NCBI GenBank assembly: GCA_963849325.1
Contig: CAWKHF010000002.1
Location: 704,001-768,000 of the forward strand
Origin: an uncultured Planctomycetota bacterium
GTDB lineage: Bacteria; Planctomycetota; Planctomycetia; Gemmatales; Gemmataceae
Length of the DNA stretch: 64,000 nt
Reading direction: 5' to 3'
In this document: positions 26,118-34,881 of the stretch, in pieces
Numbering within the stretch: position 1 is the first letter of the stretch
How the letters are laid out: each line of letters opens with the position of its first letter
Translations under genes and position numbers: made by a program
Notes under the pieces: model-generated
Databases searched by the model: none
The model's input: the letters and a program-made list of their open reading frames with translations, nothing else
Told to the model about the DNA's origin: nothing

Positions 26118-26240
26118 AAACCACGGATGACACGGATAAAAGAGACAAAGAAATAATCAATTATGTCAGTGTGACTGGCCAACCCCTTCTTTCACGTCTT
26201 TTATCCGTGTCATCCGTATTATCCGTGTCATCCGTGGTTT
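26118..26240. mobile_element. MITE-like element, family C
   Basis: AAACCACGGATGACACGGATAA...TTATCCGTGTCATCCGTGGTTT; the upstream kinase reads into it. Confidence 0.7.
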
Positions 26241-29200
26241 GTATTTCCTTCTCGGCCGTTTCTTCCAGGAGCGGGAACTCAATGGCGAAGGTGGCGCCGG
26301 TGCCGGGTCCGTCGCTGTGTACCTGGATGGTCCCGCCCATCTCGGTCATGGCGTTGGCGGCCGAGTGCAGGCCGAAGCCATTGCCGTAGCGCTTGGTGGT
26401 AAAGCCGTAGTTGAAAATCTTCTGCAGGTTCTCGCGCTCGATACCTCGGCCGCTGTCGCCGACGGAGATGCGGGCGCGCGACCGGCCGACGCCCCGAATC
26501 CGAACCGTCAAAGCCCGGTGGCCCACTCTCTGCGACTTGATCGACTCGACCGCGTTCTTGACCAGGTTATCGAGTACCTGCACCAGCTTTAACCGCTCCA
26601 GCTTGGCCTCCGGCAGCGACTCGAAATCGCGGACGACCTGGATGTCATGCTTGGCGAACGAATGCGTGTGCATGACCAGAACGTCGCCGACCAGCCCCTG
26701 AAGATCGACCGCTTCGCGGATGGAAACTTTGCGGGCATAGTTCTGCTGCGCGCTGATGATGTTGCGGATGTCTTGCAGTTTCTCGCGCAAGAAGTCCATC
26801 TCGGTGAGCATCTGGCGCTGCTCGGTCAAGAGGGTGTCGGAGAGCTTGGTCAAGTACTCCGGTAACTTCTTGCCGCGCGGATCGGTCTGGAGGAAGGACG
26901 CCAGGTTGTCGCCCTGGGCCTGGAGCAGGGCGGCGGCCTTGGCCGGGCCTCGGAAGTTCCATCCCTGCAGCTGACTGTTGACGGTGGTCACCGAGATGTT
27001 GACGCTGTTGAGGACGTTGCCGACGTTGTGCAAAACGCCGGTGGCGATCTCGGTCATGCCGGCGCGGTGGGCGATGTCCACCATGCGGGTCTGCGTCGTC
27101 TGCAGGTCGCGGACGGCGCTTTCCAGTTCGGCATTGCGCTGATCCAGCTCCTGGTGCAGGCGACGCAGCTTGAGCAGCGAGCGGACCCGCGCCCGCAGCT
27201 CTTCGGCGTCGAACGGCTTGACCAGGTAATCGTCGGCGCCGCCGTCGAGTCCCTCGATCTTCATGGCGCGCTCGGCCTTGGCCGTGAGCATGACGAAGGG
27301 GATGTGAGCGGTCGCCGGCTCGGCCCTCATGCGCCGGCAGAAGGCGTAGCCGTCCACGCGCGGCATCATCACGTCGGAGATGATGAGCGCCGGCAGTTCA
27401 CGCAGGGCCACGTCGATGCCCTCGGCCCCATCGCAGGCGACCACGGTGCGGTACTGCGACGCGAGGATGCTGCACACCATGGTCCGCAGCTCCGGCGTGT
27501 CGTCCACAACCAGAATCATGGGGGCATCCACGGGGGCCGTCGAAGGAGCATTCACCAGGGCCGGTGGGGGTTCGCAGGCGATCAGGTCGGCAAAGCGCGT
27601 GCGGAAGATATTGAACTCCATCTTGGAGTCGCCCCCCGAGAAGGGCCGCGCCATCGCCGGCGCGACGCCGGTCCCCCTCGGCTCGGCCAGGACCGGGACC
27701 GAGTTCATCGGAATGCGGAACCAGAAATGCGACCCTCCGCCCGCCTCGCTCTCGACCTGAATTCGTCCGCCGTGCAACTCGATCAGTTCTTTCGCCAGGG
27801 CCAACCCCAGGCCGGTGCCGGGGAACTCGCGCGAGGAGGAGCCGTCGATCTGCACGAAGCGCTCGAAGATGCGAGCCTGATCGGCCTTGGCGATGCCGAT
27901 GCCGGTGTCGCGCACCGAGACCCGCACCTCGTCGTCTTCCCGAGCCGTCTCCAGGGTGATCGTTCCCCCCTCGGGGGTAAATTTGATGGCGTTGGACAGC
28001 AGGTTGCTGATGACGGTATCTAGCTTTTCCTCATCCGCCCGGATTTCCGTCGTCGAGGCGTCGGCGAGGACGCGCAGCTGCACCTTCCGCCGCGTCGCCA
28101 GGGGCTGGGCCGCGAGCGTCAGCTTGTGGATCAACTGATTCAGGTCCATCGCCGCCGGAAGCAGCTTCAGACGCCCGGCCTCCAGCTTGGAGAACTCCAG
28201 GAGGCGATTGATTAGCTCCAGCAGGCGCCGGCCGTTGATGTTCACCACGTTGAGCATGTACGAGAACGTCAGCCGGCAGCTGCGGTCCATACTGCTCCAG
28301 GGTCTGCTCCACCGGCGACAGGATCATCGTCAGCGGCGTGCGCAGCTCGTGGCTGACATTGGAGAAAAACTCGGTTTTCAGGCGATCGTGCTCGCGCAGC
28401 TGGCGCAAGGAGTGCTGAAGCTTGCGCCGGCTGCGGGACAGTTGGCGAGTTCGGCGGCGTACTTTCTTCTCCAGGTTGGTGTTCAGATCGCGGATGGTCT
28501 GGGCATTTTGATCGAGCTTCTCCACCATGGCGTTGAACTGACGGGCGAGGATGTCAATCTCGTCATTGCCCGTGGGCTGGACGCGCTCCGTCAGGCAACC
28601 CTGCTCGACGCGCTGCATCCCTTGCAGCAACCGGCCGACGCGCGCGGCCACCGACCGGGCCAGGACGGTGGCGAAGACGATGCCCACGCTGACGGCCGCG
28701 ATCGTGATGAAGGTGGTGTGATTGCGCAGGCTGGCGACGGCCTCGGCCTGGTTTTCCGGGTACTCAACGAGGTCCGCCGCCCGCTGCCGGGCCATGGTGC
28801 CGATCATCAGGGCGGTGGTCAGGATGATGAGGGCGAAGCAAAGGTTCAGCCGCCCGCGCAGACGACTCTGCGGCAGGGCCGGGTAATCGATGGCGATGCC
28901 GCTGTCCAGAAGGTGATGGATGACCGGCTGAAGGCACAGTTCGATGACGAAGAAGGTGGTCATCAGGGCCATGGTGATGCCCATGAAGACCGCCAGGGTG
29001 ATGTTGGTCATGACGGTCCACGAGGCGCCGTCCATCAGTCGGAGGGCGATCAGCACCGGCACCAGGGTGACACTGGGCACCAGCCAGGCCTCGTTTTTGT
29101 GATGGCGCGCGGGAAATACCACCGCCTCGCGGCCGGCCCGGGCGGCCAGGACCACCTCCACCGGCTCGTCGCCCTGGAGGTGGGCCAGGACGCGCCGGAG

Positions 29201-29482
29201 GTGCCGCGTCTCCCACATCGAGGCCAGCACCGACGACAGTACGGCCACGACCACCACGATCCCCGCCAGGACGTAGAAATGGTGGCGGACCTGGTCGGGC
29301 ATGCGCAGCGTCAGGTTGACGTAGTAGACCACCAGCAAGCCGCCGACCGAACCGGACAGGCGGGTGGCAATCATCATCAGAAGGATGTAGTGCGGACCCA
29401 ACCACCGCACCAGGCGGAGCAAAGGACCGTGCGCCATGCGGCGGGAGTCGGCGCTCAGAGATGCGGCAACGCGGTCGCCCAT
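26161..29482 (-). CDS. Membrane hybrid sensor kinase: about 6 TM-HAMP-HisKA-HATPase-REC-second kinase module; frameshift at about 28275
   Basis: Six hydrophobic segments; [68 protein letters not shown]. Confidence 0.9.
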
Positions 29483-29528
29483 GTAACTCGCCAATGAATC
29501 CGTGCTCAGGCCAAGGGATGACGCTATT

Positions 29529-29582
29529 CGAGCCGCGACCGTCAGGGAGCGGGAACAACCGCTCCCTGACGGTCGCGGCTCG
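29529..29582. repeat. REP-like palindrome, family B (CGAGCCGCGACCGTCAGGGAGCGG)
   Basis: Perfect arms; second copy at 49876. Confidence 0.88.
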
Positions 29583-29599
29583 GTTGGGTTCGCCGGCCC

Positions 29600-30682
29600 T
29601 TATTTGTAGCCCCGGCTGCCCAGGTGCAGGCAAATCAGCCGTTGCAGTCCGAGGACGAATGGACCCAGGTCGAGGGATTTCACCCGCGGCCTCTTGGCGA
29701 GAATCGCTCGACGATGTTCTTGCCACTGGCGCAGGAAATGGGCCTCGTGTTGTCCCGCAACGATGACCGACCGGATCTCTTCCCGATCACCTTGCCGGAG
29801 TTGTCCCAGGCTAAGGCTCCCTTCCATCAGGGCGCGCGCATACACCCCGCTGGTGAAATCGCCCTCGCCGAGTTCGCGTTCCCACGTGGTCGTCAGGTTG
29901 CCGATCCGCCCCATGCACTGCCCATGCCAGGCCGCTTCCCGCAGGTGTCCGACCTCGGCGGGATCCAAATCGGGCGAACACGTGAGGTCCAGGGTGGCCG
30001 AGACCATCATGTGCATGTTGTGGGGCAAGTAAAGGTCGTGCTCCGTCACGTTGAGCAGCGCGGGATTGCTATTAAGCAGGTGCGAATAGCGCATCGTGTT
30101 GAACAGCTGCAAGTAATCGTAACGGAGCAACGAGGCATAGGCGCCGTAGCACGGAAAACGCCGCGCACGGGCGTGAATCTCGTGCCATAGCTCGAAAGTG
30201 AACTGCGCGTAGTCCTGTTCCTCTTGGGAGAATCGGCGCAGGTCGGGGGTGGGGTCTCCCAGAGGGAGGCGGAGATAGCATTCCAGCAGCTCTTCATCGC
30301 CTTTCTGGTCGGCCACGTCATCCACCAGCACGTCCAGCATGATGCCGAGGACTTTCGTATCGCACACCTCGTCGCGCCATTCCGGAGCGACGCTGGGGAG
30401 CATGGTGACTTCGACGCCCTGGCGGGCCCAACGCCATAAATAATGATTTCGCCGGCCGACCCGAGCGTAGCCATCGGCCCAGTGCTCTAGGGCCGGGCTG
30501 AGGCGCTTGGTCAGGACCGGCGCGATCTCGCGCTGGATGTCTTCGGGAGACGGGAAAAAGGTCTCCGGCACCGAGACTCGGCCTTCCCCGACCCACTCGG
30601 GAGGACCGAACCTGTCATCGACCGGAGCAGCCGGTCGCACGGCCGGATTGTGCTGCTCCTCGCGAGCCAGGGCAATGGACAT
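29600..30682 (-). CDS. Class I terpene synthase / isoprenoid-synthase-fold protein (putative)
   Basis: DDVAD (DDxxD) at residues 121-125; NSE-like N262-LTT-T266-WER-E270 followed by GEGD, about 140 aa downstream; 360 aa, helical character. Confidence 0.68.
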   Translation of the reverse strand: MSIALAREEQHNPAVRPAAPVDDRFGPPEWVGEGRVSVPETFFPSPEDIQREIAPVLTKRLSPALEHWADGYARVGRRNHYLWRWARQGVEVTMLPSVAPEWRDEVCDTKVLGIMLDVLVDDVADQKGDEELLECYLRLPLGDPTPDLRRFSQEEQDYAQFTFELWHEIHARARRFPCYGAYASLLRYDYLQLFNTMRYSHLLNSNPALLNVTEHDLYLPHNMHMMVSATLDLTCSPDLDPAEVGHLREAAWHGQCMGRIGNLTTTWERELGEGDFTSGVYARALMEGSLSLGQLRQGDREEIRSVIVAGQHEAHFLRQWQEHRRAILAKRPRVKSLDLGPFVLGLQRLICLHLGSRGYK

Positions 30683-30775
30683 GGTTGCTTCACCTTAAAA
30701 GGTAGTTTTTGTCTCTCTATAGAATGTCCCAGAGTACAGGCGAGACGCCTGCGCTCCGGGACACGACACCATCCG

Positions 30776-31309
30776 TCACACGGATATAGCGGTGAAATGT
30801 ACCTGCGTATCCGATGCGAATTGCGGGCCAAGGGCGAGGAGACTCGAGCTGGCGAACCCGCCCATCGGGTTTCCAATGCTGCCGGTGGACCCGGAAATCG
30901 CTCCGTTGCTGCCCACGAGGAGAGCACCACTGGGAGGGACGATCCCCTGGATGAACGAGAAATCCAAGGTGGTCACCGTCGCCAGCGGCTGCTGCCCGAG
31001 CGCTCCGGGGAAGAAGGTGAAGGTCGCCCGCCCCATCGTCCCGACCATCATTCCATCCAGGAGCAACGGCGTCAGCGCTTCCTGATACTGGCCGATGACC
31101 GGACCCAGGGGTTGTGTTCCTAAATAGATGTTCCCACCCAGGGACGACGGCTGACCTCGTTGGTCAAATGTTATCCCTGTGCCGACGATGTTGATGTCGA
31201 AGGGGACCGACAGGGGTTGCCCCGAAGGGAGATCGCGCGCCTCCAGGGCTTCGAGTCCCAGACGAACACTCCGCCGATTGTGGTCTTGACGCCGGGGACT
31301 GAGAGTCAT
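30776..31309 (-). CDS. Small exported beta-rich protein (177 aa) with planctomycete export motif; possible dirigent/AOC-like barrel
   Basis: GGAG RBS and ATG at 31309; RRSVRLGLEALEARDLPS; alternating beta-strand pattern; AISGSTG motif. Confidence 0.6.
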   Translation of the reverse strand: MTLSPRRQDHNRRSVRLGLEALEARDLPSGQPLSVPFDINIVGTGITFDQRGQPSSLGGNIYLGTQPLGPVIGQYQEALTPLLLDGMMVGTMGRATFTFFPGALGQQPLATVTTLDFSFIQGIVPPSGALLVGSNGAISGSTGSIGNPMGGFASSSLLALGPQFASDTQVHFTAISV

Positions 31310-31643
31310 GATACACTCCAACAAGTTGGCGAGTTGCGTCGCATGAGCGCCCCGAGGGCAGTCACGGGAGAGAAAGCTCGCCGGTTTGGAAGCCGCTTCT
31401 TGGCTGGTTCGCAAGAAGTCTAGTTTGCAAGATCCGAAAAGGCAAATAGCGCCGTCTCCCGCGCGATGGCTGTCAAGGTTCTCTTCGTCGAAGCACGCGA
31501 GAAGAAGGTCGGGAAGGAATTCTTGTAGGGAATTTGCTTTATTGACCGGGCAGACCTACATTTCCTTGACTCCTATCCCTTTAGAGATGGCTCAGCTCCC
31601 TTATGGAGAGCGATCCGAACAACCCCATAGCGAGAACCTGCTC

Positions 31644-32315
31644 ATGATCCGTCGCTTTTCGTCCGTGGAAGAGGTGGTCCTGGCCTTAACGGCTGGCCGT
31701 GCCGCCATCGTGCTCGATTCGGAAGAACGCGAGAACGAAGGGGATTTCCTCGCCGCCGCGGAAAAAGTCACTCCCGAGCTGATTCATTTCATGCTTCGCC
31801 GGGGGTGCGGCCAGCTGTGTGTTCCCGTCGCCCGCGAGATCGCTTCGCGGCTGGAACTGGAACCGATCGGCACCAACATCAACTCGGCCGGCACGGCGTT
31901 CGCGGTGCCCCTGGACCATCGCGGCTGCCGGACGGGCATCAGCCCCGCCGAGCGCGTGCTTACCATTCAAGAGATGCTCAATCCCTTCAGCCGTGCGGCC
32001 GATTTCCAGCGACCCGGACACGTGTTCCCCCTGATCGCACGGGAAGGCGGCGTTCTGCGCCGGCCGGGGCACACCGAAGCGGCGGTGGATCTGACCCGGC
32101 TTGCCGGGCTGGCGCCGGCCGGCGTCTTGTGTGAGATCTGCAGCCGAGATGGATGTCACATGGCCGACCGGGCCGAACTGTGGGAGATCGCCGAAGAGTT
32201 TGATCTGCCCGTCTTCGCCATCGACGATCTCATCCGCTTCCGTTTACTTCACACCGACGAACCCATAACATTGGTTCGTCCGTCCGAACAACTGCGTTCG
32301 GTCGCCGTCGTTTAG
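31644..32315 (+). CDS. ribB: 3,4-dihydroxy-2-butanone-4-phosphate synthase family, stand-alone and divergent
   Basis: DSEERENEGD, RPGHVFPL, GGVLRRPGHTEAAVDL, GVLCEI. Confidence 0.85.
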   Translation: MIRRFSSVEEVVLALTAGRAAIVLDSEERENEGDFLAAAEKVTPELIHFMLRRGCGQLCVPVAREIASRLELEPIGTNINSAGTAFAVPLDHRGCRTGISPAERVLTIQEMLNPFSRAADFQRPGHVFPLIAREGGVLRRPGHTEAAVDLTRLAGLAPAGVLCEICSRDGCHMADRAELWEIAEEFDLPVFAIDDLIRFRLLHTDEPITLVRPSEQLRSVAVV

Positions 32316-32345
32316 AGTACCGCAGGCGCGAGGAACGAAGCGGGC

Positions 32346-33873
32346 ATGTCAAGTAATTGCTCCCTGATCGATTCGCGGAGGCATCGATCCATCGGACTGC
32401 GGCTGCCGCTGTCCTACGCGCTCATGATGGCCGCGAGTATCGGTCTTTTCCTCCTCATACGCAGCCACGGCAACACCCTCGCCGGCGTGGCGAATGCGGA
32501 GGCCGCGATCCCGGCGGCGCCGGCATCGAGCTCCCCGGATACGGCCCTGCCCCACGTGTTGCTGGCGCTGACGGCGGTCCTCCTCGTCGGCCGGTTGGTC
32601 GGCCGACTGTTTCAATGGGTGGGACAACCGGCGATCGTCGGCGAGGTCGTCGTCGGCATCCTGCTCGGCCCTTCCCTGCTCGGCCGTCTTGTCCCGGGCG
32701 CCTCGACGTTTTTGCTGCCCGCCTCAGCGGCGCCGGCCCTAAGTGCGATTGCGCAGCTGGGAGTGATCCTGTACATGTTCCTGGTGGGTCTGGAGTTTAA
32801 CCCGGCGGTCCTCCGCAATCGGACCCATACCATCGTGGCCATCTCCCACGCCAGCATTCTCGTTCCTTTCCTGCTCGGCGCCCTCCTGGCCCTCGGCCTC
32901 TACCCTCGGCTCTCGCCTGGCACCGTTCCCTTTACCGATTTCGCCCTCTTCCTGGGCGTGGCCATGTCCATCACGGCGTTCCCCGTGCTGGCCCGCATCT
33001 TGACGGATCGGGGGATCAGCCGGAGTCGGCTTGGGATCATGGCCTTGACCTGCGCGGCCAGCGATGACGTGACGGCCTGGTGCCTGCTGGCCTTTGTCAT
33101 CGGCGTGGCCCGGGCCGACCTCCGAAACGCCCTGGTCGCTACCGGCCTGATGGCCGGCTATGTCGGCTTCATCTTCCTGATCGTCCGTCCTCTCCTGGCC
33201 CGCCTGACCGATCGCGTGTCCCGGAAGGGGTTCACTTCGGATTCGCTGGCGGCCATCCTCGTCTGTCTGCTCCTGTCGGCGCTGACCACGGAATGGATTG
33301 GCGTTCATGCCCTCTTTGGCGCCTTTCTCTTTGGCGCCGTGATCCCTTCCGAGAGCGCGATGGCGCGGCAGCTCGTTCACAAGCTGGAGGGTCTGGTGAC
33401 GACCCTGCTGCTGCCGGCCTTTTTCGCCTTGACCGGCATGCGGACGCAAATCGGGCTGATCTCCGGGCCGGAGAACCTGCTGCTGTGCGGCGTCCTCATC
33501 TTCCTCGCCACCGCCGGCAAATTCGGGGGCACCGTGGCGGCCTCGCGCCTCACCGGGCTGGCTTGGCCGCCGTCCCTGGCCCTGGGAGCCCCTCATGAAT
33601 ACGAGAGGACTGATGGAGCTGATTGTGCTGAACATCGGCCTCGATATGAAGGTGATCCCACCCACGCTTTTTGCGATGATGGTGCTGATGGCTGTGGCGA
33701 CCACCTTGATGACCGCGCCGTTGCTCCATCTGCTCACGCCGAGATTAGGGGACGACCTCACCCCGACATCGGACTCCGCCAAAGTCCTCCATCCTCCATC
33801 GGCCCTCTTGCCCGCCCATCGTGCGGACATCGCCATGCTGCCGCAACCTGCGGCCATGTCCCAGCTTTCTTGA
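32346..33873 (+). CDS. Cation:proton antiporter (CPA2/Kef-type); frameshift at about 33590
   Basis: [42 protein letters not shown], then [15 protein letters not shown]. Confidence 0.9.
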
Positions 33874-34031
33874 CCGAATCACAAGTCTTGCAAGGACTTC
33901 GGATGAAGAGATTCCGAATGAGGAGCCGATAATCCTTTTCAGGCGACAGCGGCGCTCGCGTGTGGAGTCCGGGGACTCGTAGGGTGGGCGCCGCGGCGAG
34001 AGGCGGCGGCAGGGTAGGAGGCGACCCAAAT

Positions 34032-34781
34032 ATGATCGGCGAGGACGTAATGGTTTCCAGTACCGAAGCAGATCAGCTCCGCCAGCAGCTGCTTCAGGCG
34101 CAAAAGCTCAGCAGCGTGGGAGCGCTGGCCAGCAGCGTGGCCCACGAGTTCAACAACATCTTGACGACGATCATCAATTACGCTCGCCTGGCCCTGCGCC
34201 AGCAGGACGAGGCGGCGCGAACGCAGGCGCTGGAGAAGATCCTCAAGGGCAGTCAGCGGGCGGCCACCATTATCAACAGCATGCTCGGCTTCGCCCGCAA
34301 CACTTCGACGCAGCGGGAGATGACCGACCTTGCTGCCCTGGTCGAGGAGACGCTGGTCCTGACCGACAAGGACCTGAGCAAGCACCGCATCCACGTCGAG
34401 AAGAAGTACCACGGCCGGCCGCGCGCTTCGGTGGTGCCGGCCCAGATCGAGCAGGTGTTGCTCAATCTGATTATCAACGCTCGCCAGGCGATGCCGCGCG
34501 GCGGCCATCTGCGCATCGAGGTGCGCGAGAACGCGCGCACACGCATGGTTGAAATGAGCATCGCCGACTCCGGCGTCGGCATCCCGCCGGATCGACTGCG
34601 GCTGATCTTCGAGGCGTTCTACACGACCAAGGAACCGGACGCCAACGGCCACGGTGGCACCGGCCTGGGTTTGAGTGTGTGCCGCCAAATCGTCGAGCAG
34701 CACCAGGGACGCATCCGCGTCGAGAGCCTCGTCGGCAAGGGGTCCACCTTCACCATCAAGCTGCCGATCCACGCCGAATAA
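34032..34781 (+). CDS. Sensorless histidine kinase (HisKA-HATPase only)
   Basis: QAQKLSSVGALASSVAHEFNN, LNLIINARQAM, FYTTK, GTGLGLS. Confidence 0.88.
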   Translation: MIGEDVMVSSTEADQLRQQLLQAQKLSSVGALASSVAHEFNNILTTIINYARLALRQQDEAARTQALEKILKGSQRAATIINSMLGFARNTSTQREMTDLAALVEETLVLTDKDLSKHRIHVEKKYHGRPRASVVPAQIEQVLLNLIINARQAMPRGGHLRIEVRENARTRMVEMSIADSGVGIPPDRLRLIFEAFYTTKEPDANGHGGTGLGLSVCRQIVEQHQGRIRVESLVGKGSTFTIKLPIHAE

Positions 34782-34787
34782 TTCCGT

Positions 34788-34862
34788 TTTTCGTTTCGCC
34801 GCGACGCGCAGCGGAGCGCGGGATTGTCCCGCGCTCCGCTGCGCGTCGCGGCGAAACGAAAA
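34788..34862. repeat. REP-like palindrome, family A, with compensatory TTCG/CGAA ends
   Basis: Long perfect hairpin between convergent genes. Confidence 0.9.
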
Positions 34863-34881
34863 CCTTCAACAGGTACACGTA

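Noticed and set aside
22311-29482. Signalling genes as pseudogenes
   Set aside because: Catalytic motifs are intact and the same indel pattern affects genes across the whole window, so sequencing error is more likely.
31310-31643. FMN riboswitch or operator upstream of ribB
   Set aside because: No RFN consensus recognised; only a weak TGTAGG/CCTACA inverted pair, too little to call.
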